A stretch of DNA of 64,000 nt from Octopus vulgaris. Lineage: Eukaryota. Numbering within the stretch: position 1 is the stretch's first letter; every line of letters starts with the position of its first letter. The notes below the pieces were generated by a model. It was not told the origin of the DNA. It searched no databases and worked only from the letters and a program-made list of their open reading frames with translations. Positions 41,559-54,490 of the stretch are shown one piece after another. Position numbers and translations under genes: made by a program. Where the stretch lies: assembly GCA_951406725.2 (NCBI GenBank), contig OX597823.1:20026001-20090000 (forward strand), written 5' to 3'.

Positions 41559-41660
41559 TACAAATGGGTGTGTGTTTGCACATATGTATGTATGTATATA
41601 TGTATATATATTCATACATACACACACATACATATATATTTATTTATACACCCCCCACAC

Positions 41661-41809
<149 letters not shown>

Positions 41810-41861
41810 TATATGCGGGAAAAAGAGAGTGAAAGAAAGAGCTAGACAGACAAGGAGGCAG

Positions 41862-41954
<93 letters not shown>

Positions 41955-42231
41955 AAAATGCTAATCACATCATGTACTAGAAACACCAAAGAAGTCTTAA
42001 GAAGTTAAACTATGGTTTCTTTTTGTTAAACCTTGTATGTGAAGCATTAAACAGCTGTAAATATGCCATGTCATTCTCTTTTCCACTCGTGATAACCAGA
42101 TTGTTATAGCATGTTTTTACGTGTACTATTATGATCGTAGGAAGCGTAGACTATATGTGTGTATGTGTGTGTGCGTGCGCGTGTGTGTGTGCATGTGTGT
42201 GTGTGTGTGTTTGTTGGTTTCTCGAGCACAT

Positions 42232-42463
42232 ACTCTTTACTCTTTACTCTTTTACTTGTTTCAGTCATTTGACTGCGGCCATGCTGGAGCACCGCCTTTT
42301 AGTCGAGCAAATCGACCCCGGGACTTATTCTTTTGTAAGCCCAGTACTTATTCTATCGGTCTCTTTTGCCGAACCGCTAAGTGACGGGGACGTAAACACA
42401 CCAGCATCGGTTGTCAAGCAATGCTAGGGGGACAAACATAGACACACAAACACATGCACACAC

Positions 42464-42502
<39 letters not shown>

Positions 42503-42669
42503 TACGACGGGCTTCTTTCAGTTTCCGTCTACCAAATCCACTCACAAGGCATAGGTCGTCCCGGGGCTATAGCAGAAGACACTTGCCCAAGATGCCACGC
42601 AGTGGAATTGAACCCGGAACCGTGTGGTTGGTAAGCAAGCTACTTACCACACAGCCACTCCTGCGCCTA
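42232..42669 (-). mobile_element. SINE B
   Basis: Full-length family B copy. Confidence 0.85.
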
Positions 42670-42809
42670 TGAACGGAAAATGTAAACACCGGCGAAAAAA
42701 AAAAGACAAAACAAAAAAAACACCCAGGTAAACTTAGGCTTTCGAACAAGAAACACTTTGTGTAGCATTTGTTCTGTCCCGAGTGCACAGATACTCCCTT
42801 GTTACTCAC

Positions 42810-42859
42810 CGTTGTAGTGAACCGGTAATTGACCGTTTGGAGACCAGTAACTAACGACG
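42810..42859 (-). CDS. Candidate 50-nt internal exon of an unidentified host gene
   Basis: Acceptor cattttgtag, strong donor ACG|gtgagt, non-repetitive; open frame VVSYWSPNGQLPVHYN. Confidence 0.3.
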
Positions 42860-43367
42860 CTACAAAATGCTATATTGATAAATAGAAAATTTATTTAAGC
42901 CAGCCTCGCCCTTCACCTTACAAAGCTTGAGCTTGCTGTCCGTTAAGAATAAACAAAATATTTAATCAAACACGTATAAGGAACAAAAAGCAAAAATTGA
43001 CCTCATTTAATGAGTGCAAATACATATTTAAAGACTTGCTTTGATGAAAATTATTATGATTTGTTATTTTCCTTTCGAATTGGTGCTTCAAAAAGTTTAG
43101 CCTTCTTTCATAGGGTAAAGAAGGATTGTAAACAACTTATTTTCCATTAAGGGTGCGTATTGTTTGAGCAAAGGGTGGCTTATAAGTATCGGGAAATATA
43201 AATGAATTTGTACGTTAAAGTATATGATGTTCGATTGCTTTTTAACATATAGAATATATATATACTTATGCAAATATTGCATTAAGGTAAATAATGTTTT
43301 ATGTGTGTGTGAGTGTAGTGTGCGTTTTGTGTGTGTGACTGTGTGGGGGTTTGTATATATGTATATA

Positions 43368-43430
<63 letters not shown>

Positions 43431-44600
43431 TTTATGTGTGTGTACATACATACATGTAAATCAACAGTTAATGATTCATAGGTACATTACTTATTTTCAC
43501 ACATATGTGAAAATACGACTGTGATCTTCAGGTTTTTTTTTATTCGGTGGCCACCCCACTACCTCCAGCTATTTTGATCTAAGTTAGTGGGGTATCCACT
43601 TATTGAGACGAGACGTCTCTATGTATAAATCAAGAAATTTCCTGTCTTGTAAGGCACCACTTACCACTAACACACAAATATCATGAACTGTTTAATGAAA
43701 CGAGACGTCTGTCACTGAAGAGACAATGCATTGCAAAATCACATAATCTCAAACACAACATCCTCGTTAAAGTGGATTAAGATTGTCTTTTGATTATTTG
43801 ATTGTCTTTTGATTATTTATATATTTATTCTCAATACATTCAGGCAGGTTTGGACGCAAAATATGTAGTGTACATCATAGGAGAAAAACTTCTCTCTTTT
43901 ATGACGACTGTGAGAAACCTCTCTCTTTTATGACGACAGTGTTATACCACGTCAACCAGAAGTATCTATACCTTTGCGCCAAAACTAAGTCGCTGGCTTT
44001 GTTTATACTTTCAGCATACAGATAGTGACAACAAATAGGCAAATGTTCATTTCAGGTGTCGCTGTACTCGGTACAAATAATGATTTGTTTTGGTCGTATG
44101 GCAGATGTAAGCACTGATCAGCAAACACTCTGTTTGCTGAAAGTATAAGCAAAGCCAGCGTCTTCGTTTAGGCTCAAAGGTCCGGATGCTTCTTGCTGAC
44201 GATACACATGTTGGAACTCCGGAGTCCTCGAAAGCCGTGCGCCAATGAGCCGTGAGTGTTGAAAACGGTGCCGTTGTAAAAAATAAAGAAATATCGGCGA
44301 AATAAAAAAATAAAGAAATAACGGTGCCGTTGTAAAAGGGAGACACTGTTCTCCTACGACGTAAACTACAGCGATTAGCATATTTTGTGCCTGAACTTGC
44401 GTAGACGTGTGAAGAATAAATATGAGAATGATCGTTTAGATCTTGCAGTTCAATGAAGACAATGATTAAATTAATAGCTGTTTATGCCTAGATAACATTG
44501 CTGTCCCCATCAAAGAAAGAAAAAAGAAAAAAAGAAAAGAAAAAACATAAAAACGAAACAAAAGAAAAGATTCCTGACCACGAGTCATTTAGAATAGCAA

Positions 44601-44790
44601 CCTATTTCTTTACTAAGAGGCTAACCACAGAGAGGACAAAGAAGGACAGACAAACGGATTAAGTCGATTATATCGACCCCAGTGCGTAACTGGTACTTAA
44701 TTTATCGACCCCGAAAGGATGAAAGGCAAAGTCGACCTCGGCGGAATTTGAACTGAGAACGTAACGGCAGACGAAATACAGCTACGCATT
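44601..44790 (-). mobile_element. SINE A, 5'-truncated
   Basis: Family A body. Confidence 0.8.
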
Positions 44791-44999
44791 TGCTATGTGG
44801 TTTTCTTTATAATTTAGCAGTCCAGACTTTCTCCGGCAGCATTTTTGATCACGTGAACTGCGTTGACCAGTAAAACCTGATCTTAATACCAAGTAATTAA
44901 AAGAGACTTTATAAGCAACATTTCCATTCATGATCCACGTCTGAAAGATAACAGACGCATTTTATGTGCGTAAAACTTTAAAAGTATTATACTAATACA

Positions 45000-45034
<35 letters not shown>

Positions 45035-45100
45035 ATGTTTATAAACATAAATTCCAGAAAGATGGAGTGATTATTTTTCGGTTTTACTCATAAAATTTCA

Positions 45101-45398
45101 TTATGTACATTATTTACATTATTTACATATGCTCACGGGCATATGGCGTAGTGCGGGCTACTAACCCCAAGATTCTGAGTTCGATTCCAAGCAGTGACCT
45201 GAATAATAATAATAATAATAATATTAAAACCACAACAACAACAACAAAAATACCTTAGGAATGAGAACCCAGGTTCGAAATTTCCCCAAGACACCTGATG
45301 AAGGCTGGGGGGTATATCAGCCGAAACGTTGTGTAAACAACAAACAAGATGAGGACAAATATCCGTCAAAATGTAAATAATGTAAATAATGTACATAA
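45101..45398 (+). mobile_element. tRNA-headed element containing a hammerhead, bounded by 28-bp perfect inverted repeats
   Basis: IRs 45101-45128 / 45371-45398; box A-like tggcgtagtg, box B gagttcgattcc. Confidence 0.75.
45291..45334 (+). ncRNA. Minimal type I hammerhead ribozyme
   Basis: acac CTGATGA a GGCTG..CAGCC GAAA cg TT|gtgt. Confidence 0.8.
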
Positions 45399-46479
45399 TT
45401 CCTCATCTCTTAAATATAGAACTGAAATAAAGTTTCATTAGTACAAATCGTATTCTGTCAAGGAGGACTACAAATGGTTATAAACACTAGCCATTTGGTC
45501 TGACCACGGACTACCTGACGAAGTATAGATGAGTGGTCCATATACTTTTTGAGAGTAGCCGAGCGTTGAGGATTGGGAGAAAACATTGTAAACTGCACTT
45601 CTTTTAAAAGTGTAACTGTATTCATGCAACATGTTGCAGACCCTACACCATGCAAGTTTAGTGAATGAGAAGCACATGAAGAACAAATAGGCTATGGATT
45701 AATAGAAAGTGTATGTATCTGGTTACCATTTTATTAACCGGACATATTAGCTGTATTATTAAAACTTACTGTACGATAATCTTTAAAAGGTATTCCCCAA
45801 ATACTTGAGTGTTTCTTTAATCAGTTTTCGTTATCCTCTCTGTTGTCTTCTTGTAACCATCATTAAAGGTTGAAAATCATTCTTGAACAGCAAATTCAGT
45901 ATCACTCTTGGACAAAAACGAATGGTGATCGTCGTCTGCGTCACATGATTAGAATTCTGTATTGTATCAACTATGGCTGAATGATATTATGCGACTATTA
46001 TTTCATCTAAAATGTGATTCATAATATAATCTTCGCAGAAACTGATGGATTCAGTTTTAGGTGATGCCAAAAGGTAGTAAATTCTTCATTTTTCTTTCTG
46101 AAGCTGAAAGCTTTGCAATATATTCAGTAAGAAGGTGATCCTAATGGCTCAGGAGAGCAACATTTATGAAGAACTTCTGAATGTGAAAATCCCGTTTGCC
46201 CAAGAAATATTCGTATCTGAATTATTCTTGTAATTACATTTCGCCATTTCTGAATCTCGGTCATAACTTGTTTTGTGAGGCATTACATCAATCGCAGTAT
46301 AACTGTCTAATACCATCGTCATCTTATTCTTTGCAAGATAATAGTTCTTGTGTGAAGTATAAACAGCCTATCAAACAGCTTTCTCCATATCTGTTTTGTA
46401 CTTCAGACTTTAATTTATACGATTTTGTCTCTAACGTGAGGAACTATAAAGAAGGAAAAGAAGGGAAGGGCTACGAATT

Positions 46480-46565
46480 TAAAAGATGACTGAATATCTT
46501 GAAGACCATAGGAAAACAAGACGACGGTAGCGAGTTCCAGAGACCAGCAGTTCGAGAAAAGAAGC
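46480..46565 (-). mobile_element. CR1/L2/Jockey-group LINE 3' fragment
   Basis: FFSRTAGLWNSLPSSCFP. Confidence 0.55.
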
Positions 46566-46569
46566 ACAT

Positions 46570-47130
46570 GTGATTAGCAACTGCCCCAAAATATCATCGA
46601 AATACTACCTCCCTATGTAACATGACGTTGTTACAAAAACGATATATAATGCCACTCAAGGAAAAGACTATCCTGGAATAAATTTAGAGAACCCCACCCT
46701 CTTCCTGAATACATACACAAACATCGGAACTAGAAACTCTAGTGGAATATTCCCATTAAAACATCTGCCAAGTGTAAGCGTACCAGACCGGATGTTGTTG
46801 TTTTAGACAGACAGGAAAAAGTAAGTACCGTCATAGAGGTCAGCTGTCCTGCTGGTGTGAACTCTTTGAAAATCTAAGAGAAAGAAGGTTGCAATGGACA
46901 ATTGTTTCAAAAAAAAACCCAGCTTCAAGATTCACTTTTTAAAAAATTTACATTTATAATAAGAGATAATTGGTGTACTTGGTTTTGTGACTAAATGCCT
47001 AATTGGCAAGTTGGATAAGCTAGGGTTTTCATAAAAAGAGAAATCAACCAACAAATTTGCGCGTTGCAAATACAATCCGTAAGTGGAACAGTAAAAATAT
47101 GCAAGACTATCCTCAAGTTTAAAATGTGAC
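46570..47130 (+). mobile_element. R4/Dong-like LINE 3' fragment
   Basis: Homologous to 20850-21350: HVISNCPK, WNIPIKTSAKCKRTRPDVV, IEVSCPA, IIGVLG. Confidence 0.75.
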
Positions 47131-47231
47131 ATTGTTTTAGTTGTCTACAGTCCAGCGATGGAACTTTGTATCTTTGTTAGAAATTAATTCATTCGTCAAA
47201 GGAAGATATTAAATAGATAGGAACAGAAGAG

Positions 47232-47280
<49 letters not shown>

Positions 47281-47309
47281 CTATATGTATATGTATGCAT
47301 ATATGCGTG

Positions 47310-47372
<63 letters not shown>

Positions 47373-47377
<5 letters not shown>

Positions 47378-47729
47378 CACACCAGCATTGGTTGTCAAGC
47401 GATGGTGGCGCGGACAAACACAGACACACAGACATATACGCACACACACGCACACACGCACACACACATATACGACAGGCTTCTTTCAGTTTCCGTCTAT
47501 TAAATCCACGCGCATATATATAGATATATGGGAGTGGCTGTGTGGAAGCGCAGGAGTAGCTGTGAGGTAAGTAGCTTGCTTACCAACCACATGGTTCCGG
47601 GCCCAGCCCCACTGGAACCTTGGGTAAGTATCTTGGGTAAGTATAGCCTCAGACCGACCAAAGCCTTGCGCGTGGATTTAATAGACGGAAACGGAAAGAA
47701 GCCTGTCGCATATGTGTGTGTGCGCGCGC

Positions 47730-47773
<44 letters not shown>

Positions 47774-47960
47774 GCGTGTACGTGTGCGTGCGTATATGCC
47801 TGTGTGTCTGTGTTTGTCCGCGCCACCATCGCTTGACAACCGATGCTGGTGTGTTTATGCCCCTGCAACTTAGCGGTTCGACAAAAGAGACCGATAGAAT
47901 TGTTCGACTAAGGCGGTGCTTCAGCATGGCAGCTGTCAAATGACTAAAACAAAAAGAAAA
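47373..47960. mobile_element. Rearranged SINE B pair in opposite orientation
   Basis: 47373-47510 (minus) is the reverse complement of part of 47548-47960 (plus). Confidence 0.75.
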
Positions 47961-48469
47961 TATACACACATATATTGCATGTATGTATGTATGTATGTAT
48001 GTATGTATGTATGTATGTATGTATGTATGTATGTATGCATGCATGTATGTATGTATACTTAATTGCATGCACACATATTCGTACCAGTGTTTTTAATAGT
48101 CATGCATACACACATGTAAATCACCACATATATTCACACATGACTGTTGTATAATATATATAAATAAGTACATATATGTAAAATGTCAATATCGTTTACC
48201 GTTTACTGGTTTCAGTCATTGGACTGCAGCCATGCTAGGGTTCACCGCGTTGAACAAATCGATTCCAGGACTTATTTTTTAAAACCTGCCACTTGCTTAT
48301 TCGATCGGCCCTCTTTTGCTCAGCTGCTAAATTATGGGCACGTAAACAAACCAACACCGTTTGACAAGCGGTGTATTGGTGACAAACACGTACACAAAGA
48401 CACACAAACATACACACAGATATAGACACACATACACAAACATGTACATACACGCGAGAAGCCCGTCGT

Positions 48470-48830
48470 ACACACACACGCACACAGACATACACGCACG
48501 CACACTTACACGCACACACACATACTCGCACACACATACATGCACACACACATACACACACACACATACACGCACACACACATACACGCACACACACATA
48601 CACGCACACACATACACGAACACACACATACACGCACACACACACATGCACGCACACACACATACATGCACACACACACACACGCACACACACATACACG
48701 CACATACATACACACATACACGCACACACATACATGCACACACACATACACGAACACACACATACACGCACACACACATACACGAACACACACATACACG
48801 CACACACACATACACGCACACACACATTCA
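48470..48830. repeat. Minisatellite of 14-16-bp acacacatacacgc-type units following a diverged SINE B
   Basis: Seen directly. Confidence 0.85.
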
Positions 48831-49134
48831 CAACACAACGTAACACCGTAACACTACACAACACCCGGATTGAGTACAAGCACACCCAGAAGGGAAACAT
48901 ATGTTTTATAGACTTTAACGTACGAGACATCCATGAGACAAAACACACCAGACAATAAATTCACACACGCGCGCATACGCTCAGCACACGAGCTGCTAGA
49001 AATAGCAGTCAAATGTTCTTCACTTAACAAACGATCAGATTGGGTAACGTGGTACTTAATAGGGAATACCTTTGGTTCATCAGCTCTGCTCAGTCAGAGC
49101 AGACCTGAGTTTTATATAAAAAAAACAAACTATA

Positions 49135-49520
49135 CACAGCCATCACCACCACCACCGCCATCATCACCAATATCACTGCTCTTAACAATCATCGCCGTCA
49201 CCGCCGCCGACGCCGCCGCCGCCGCCGCCATGACTACAATGAATCCGACGTCACCATTATTACCGCCGTCGTCACCAACGTTATTAACACTCCACCACTT
49301 CGACGCTCCACCGCCACCACCACCACCACCACCACCACCACAAGCATCACCGCCGCCGCCATTACCAGCCAGCAAGCAAAAATACAGTAAACACTATCAT
49401 CGTTGTCACAATTACCACCACTGCCACCGTCACTGCCACCGTCACCGCCACTACGACGACGACGACGGCCGCCACCACCACCACCACCACCACCACCACC
49501 ACCACCAACACTGCCATCGC
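49135..49520. repeat. GC-rich (CCA)n/(CCG)n/(CGA)n low-complexity tract
   Basis: Seen directly; the most GC-rich non-TE region of the window. Confidence 0.85.
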
Positions 49521-49907
49521 TAACGCAAACTCGCCACCAACGCTGCTGCTAACTCCACATATAAAACACTATTAGCACCGCCGCCGTCACCCTCCCCCCC
49601 CAAAAAAAAAACCAAACTTTTTTTTTTCCTTTTCTCCTCCTCCTCCTTTTTTCAAAGAAAGAAAAATTTGCTGAGGTCTCTGCATAGCACTCCCTATCTG
49701 ATGTCGCTGTAGTGTCACCGGACAATGACGCGAAGTGGAAGGGTAAGAGGGAGAGGGAGAGGGAGAGGGAGATGGAGGGGGCAGGGCAAGTAAGCAGTTG
49801 ACTGTATTTCTTTCTCTTTCTCTTTCTCTCTCCACCCATCTTTAATGGGAGGCAGATGGCTGATGGGGTGTGGTTCGCAAGTCTGCTGCTGCTGCTGATT
49901 GCCTTAC

Positions 49908-50005
49908 CAAGTGGCGGCGGCGGCGGCGGTGGTGGTGTTGGAGGTTGAGGGTAAAACTTGTGACGGTGGTGCGTGTTGCGCTTCTTGAGAACCGAGAGCC
50001 TTCAT
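49908..50005 (-). CDS. Candidate first coding exon of an unidentified host gene
   Basis: ATG..MKALGSQEAQHAPPSQVLPSTSNTTTAAAAAT, donor TG|gtaagg (phase 2), downstream of a (GA)n tract in a CpG-rich zone. Confidence 0.25.
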
Positions 50006-50111
50006 TCTTCAGACATTCCTGTCTTACATACATACACAGTCAAAGGATATATATATATATAAACACACACAGATAGATAGAGATATATATAAAGAGAAAG
50101 AGAGAGGGAGA

Positions 50112-50151
<40 letters not shown>

Positions 50152-50312
50152 TTCTCTCTGCTTCTCTCTTTCTTTCTACTTTTTAATTCTTTCGTATCTT
50201 GAGGTTTTTTTTTTTTTTTTTAAGAGCATATTGTTTTTCGCAATGCATTCAGAAATGCTTGTGTGTTATGTGTGCACATGTTTTTGAACACACACACACA
50301 CACACACACACG

Positions 50313-50361
<49 letters not shown>

Positions 50362-50929
50362 AGTCACACACACAAACACTCATACACATACACACACACG
50401 AAGACTTATGCATAACATACGTTAGCTGTGACGCGCGGGAGAAAAGTACATTTTTCGTTTGAGATGACATCTGACCAACGCCTTCAAAGCAAAAACCAAA
50501 AACAAAAACAAAAAAAAAATTCAAGTAACGGTTAAGTAATAAATTTAAACCCAATCTTATCTCCCCCCCTCTCTCTCTCTCTCTTTCTCACACACACACA
50601 CACACACACATACACACACCCTCCCGCTTTCATGTCGTCGAACCGCTAGTCACAAGAACGTAAATAAAACGTAAAAGCTTAAGATCGCTTGTCGAGCGGA
50701 TAGAGACTAAAATGCAAAAATGCGTTCGTGCGCATGCGTATGCAAATGTTATTTATATACAGACATACATGTTATTGCACAGTGCGACTGAACCGAAATC
50801 TAATTTTGTTTCGAAGCGAACTATGCATCACCTATGGACAGCCAGCCCCTTAACTTTTTTTTTTTACCTTTCAAAGGGTTTTACAACACGATATTTACTC
50901 GCTCTTATTTTTATAGTTTTACCTACATT

Positions 50930-51033
50930 TGAAACCGAACCGCAAAGTTACGGGGACATAAACCCATCAACATCGGTTGTCAAGTGGTGATGGGGGAGAA
51001 ATCCCGACACGGATGCACACACACTCATACACA

Positions 51034-51069
<36 letters not shown>

Positions 51070-51222
51070 GGGCTTCCTTCCGTTTCCGTCTACGAAATTC
51101 ACTCACAAGATTTTGGTCTGCCCGAGGCTATAATAGAAGACATTTGCCCAAGGTGCCACACAGTAGGACTGAACCTGGAACCGTGTGCTTGAGAAGCAAG
51201 CTTCTTAGCACACAACCACGCC
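50930..51222 (-). mobile_element. SINE B, diverged
   Basis: Family B sequence. Confidence 0.75.
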
Positions 51223-51376
51223 TCGCGCGCTCGCGTATATATATATATATATACACACACACACATACATACACACACACACACACACATATGTATGTAT
51301 ATGTATGTAACCACATGTGGATCGTTGGCGATTTTTACCTCCGTCTTCCTTCTCCCTTGGACTTTCTTCCGTCTTC

Positions 51377-51412
51377 TATTTCTGACGAAGAGCTTTGCTC
51401 GAAACGTAAAAC
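51377..51412 (+). ncRNA. Minimal hammerhead motif
   Basis: ttt CTGACGA a GAGC ttt GCTC GAAA cg TA|aaa. Confidence 0.65.
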
Positions 51413-51449
51413 TGCCTTTCTTTTCTTCCCTGAGCGTCTGCTAAAACTT

Positions 51450-51805
51450 TAGGAAATGCCGGTATTTTTTTTGCTGCCGACAAAAAACTGCACTTGCGCG
51501 GTGGATTTGAAAAATTATAATGTATAAGCAAGAGGCGCATGCTGGATTTGCCTCGTACTTATATGTTTAATCTAGGCGTACCTGTTGATAAAGACTTCGC
51601 CTAGCAAATTATTTTATTTGTTAAAAAGAGTCTGAAACCATGGTCCGGGAGATAGATGGTAAATGTTTTTTATTTTTGATTCCCTTCGAGTTTTTATCCC
51701 TAGTAGTGGTTTAAAATTTAGCTGTTCCTTCTAGCGTGAAAGGAATTCTATGACGGATACCTCTTATGTGTTTAAATGTACACCTCTTATGTGTTTAAAT
51801 GTACA
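51450..51805 (+). mobile_element. Hammerhead-bearing element (family F)
   Basis: HHR at 51581-51649: cctg TTGATAA agac..gtct GAAA ccatgg TC|cggg (G8 mutated). Confidence 0.65.
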
Positions 51806-51959
51806 TATATATATATATGATTGATCGTTCGTAGAAAACATAAATTCGGAAACACATTCCAGGAAGTAGAACATATTTAAATGGGGGAAGCCGGCTTATG
51901 GGATTACCCTGGGTTTCTCGTCTATATGGTGCTTAGCTTTATGGTGTATCACCCAGGGC

Positions 51960-52535
51960 AGCAATACCTCCTCCGGGCACTTGATGTAGGCCTGCCTATG
52001 TGTTGAGTGTGAGGCCGCGAGGGAAAATGAATGGAAGTATAACGTCGCCATCACTAGTGATCACTCCAAACACCATGATGCTGACTGGATGTTTGATTTT
52101 CATCACTCATGGTACATGTTTTGAGGACACGGCAAGCCAACGGTTGTTCTGTGCGTTCACTATTTGATCCTGGCAGAGATTTTTCTTGCCTGACAAAAAC
52201 TAAAGCATGTTCGGTTGGAGGGGATGTTTGAGTTCAAAAGCTTTGTAGCGCAGTTTTACCTCTTGTCTATGATGGCTTGGGATAAAAATTGGCCCTTTCT
52301 CATCTTGTATGAGGAATACCGAATGTATTCATGCATTGCCAACCTAAGAAACTCAAACACTCCCACGTCCCCGGCGATGGACCTGATTGACTTGTGGGGG
52401 ATCAGTGTCAATCATGGCCTGGATCTCACCAACAAATTCAAGAGTTCTTTTCTTATCAGAACGATCAGAGTGAGTTTTCCAAGCTGCCACACCTTTGTAA
52501 TCTCCATTAGACTCATCCAACGCTTTCTAACTTAG
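51960..52535 (-). pseudogene. Tc1/mariner-superfamily transposase fragment (maT/DD37D-like)
   Basis: IQAMIDTDPHKSIRSIA, YKMRKGQFLSQA, QDQIVNAQNNRWLA, KHPVSIMVFGVITSDGDV. Confidence 0.75.
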
Positions 52536-52777
52536 AGGAAGTAAAAATTGCCAGCAAAAGACAAACCAAGAAATCCTCCAGGTCTTGCTTACCCTCCAGC
52601 TGAGGCTATAAACAATGGTAGACATGTAGTGGCTGATATTGTAACCACAATAATTGACAGCTTGTGGGCATGTCTCTCTAGTTTCACGAAATCGGAGAGG
52701 TACTTTATTGCTTTCAATGTAGAAGGGAAAAGGTATGAAGTGCAGCTGGTCTCTTTCGTGGTATTTGCTAACTTATA

Positions 52778-53178
52778 GCTCTTTTTACTCTTTTACTCTT
52801 TTACTTGTTTCAGTCATTTGACTGCGGCCATCTTGGAGCACCGCCTTTAGTCGATCAAATCGACACCAGGACTTATTCTTTGTAAGCCTAGTACTTATTC
52901 TATAGGCTCTTTTGCCGAACCGCTAAGTTATGGGGACGTAAACACACTAGCATCGTTTGTCAAGCGATGTTGGGGGGACAGACACACAAACACACACACA
53001 TATATGAACACATATATATACGACGGGCTTCTTTCAGTTTCCGTCTACCAAATCCACTCACAAGGCTTTGACTGGCCCGAGGCTTGTAGAAGACACTTGC
53101 TCAAGGTGCCACGCAGTGGGACTGAACCCAGAACCATGTGGTTGGTAAGCAAGCTATTTACCACAGAGTCACTCCTGC
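52778..53178 (-). mobile_element. SINE B
   Basis: Family B sequence. Confidence 0.85.
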
Positions 53179-53244
53179 TGGTGGTAAGATATTCACTTTA
53201 TTGAAACCATTGCAGATGTCATCTATTCAATCACTGTCCAAGAG

Positions 53245-53489
53245 CTGCGTTCCTCAACCATTTTTTTAACCTTTGATTCCCATTTTACTTGAATTAAACC
53301 CTATAGCCATTCACTGTTTCAAAAAATCCTATTATATCTTTGTAATTAATTATTAGCAATTGCATGACAATAACTAATAAAATATTTTGTGTATCATTGA
53401 AGTATAACCAATTTATTGTGCATAAACTTTAACATCAAAATCTTGTAGGTATCTCCAAGGGTTATATGAACCCCAGTTGGGAACCACTG
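53245..53489. mobile_element. hAT (Charlie-like) MITE
   Basis: End gttgggaaccactg (cagtggttcccaac-type TIR), degenerate left TIR, 8-bp TSD tccaagag / tcctagag. Confidence 0.7.
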
Positions 53490-53582
53490 TCCTAGAGTTT
53501 CAACAAAGATTTTTATATCTGCATATTTACACTACAGATATGATTTTCAACGTCAGACTGATGTAGAAGTTCATAAGATTAG

Positions 53583-53953
53583 AGAGTGGCTGTGTGGTAA
53601 GTAGCTTGCTTACTAACCACATGGTACCGGGTTCAGTCCCACTGCGTGGCATCTTGGGCAAGTGCCTTCTACTATAGCGCCTCGGGCCGACCAAAGCCTT
53701 GTGGGTGGATTTGGTAGACGGAAACTGAAAGAAGCCCGTCGTATATATATATATATATATTGCCATGATAGATCGCTAACCACTACACATTCTTTATTTT
53801 CTCTCCTTGTTTCTTTCTGTGCTCCTTTCTGTAGAAGAGCGTAGGCTAGGAACGTTACAGATGTTTTCAATTCCCAAGGGTTTAAACTAATACAACTGTT
53901 TGTTGTCTACACCATCTGTCTTCGTCTTTTGCTTTTTTTTTTGTGTGTATTCT

Positions 53954-54010
<57 letters not shown>

Positions 54011-54213
54011 TGTATGTATATGTTTGTATTCCCCCAACATCGCTTGACAACCGATGCTGGTGTGTTTATGTACCCGTAACTTGGCGGTTCGGCAAAAGAG
54101 AACGATAGAACAAGTACAAGGCTTACAAAGAATAAATCCTGGGGTCGATTTGCTCGACTAGAGGCGGTACTTCAACATGGCCACAGTCAAGTGAATGAAA
54201 CAAGTAAAAGAGT
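53583..54213 (+). mobile_element. SINE B with a family E hammerhead element (53760-53955) nested in its internal (TA)n
   Basis: Head 53583-53741, tail 54030-54213; insert contains ctttCTGTAGAaGAGCgtagGCTaggaacgtt. Confidence 0.75.
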
Positions 54214-54321
54214 ATATTCTTCTTAGCCATTGCAAAACCAAAATTAGTTGTTTGGACTCAATCTCCCAATATAATAATAAGCGTAGTATTTTTATATATT
54301 TGTATATACATATATAATACA

Positions 54322-54384
<63 letters not shown>

Positions 54385-54444
54385 GCTGTCTTCGTTTCAG
54401 CACACGATCTCAGATCAAATCACTTGCTATGCGAGTACATCTCC

Positions 54445-54485
<41 letters not shown>

Positions 54486-54490
<5 letters not shown>

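Noticed and set aside
43500-46480. Unique-looking blocks with short tandem duplications (43780, 43886, 44263) as possible exons
   Set aside because: No consistent open frame with splice sites or recognisable homology
48933-49523. 196-aa Pro/Ala/His-rich ORF
   Set aside because: Low-complexity trinucleotide tract with no domain; cannot be supported as coding, though not excluded
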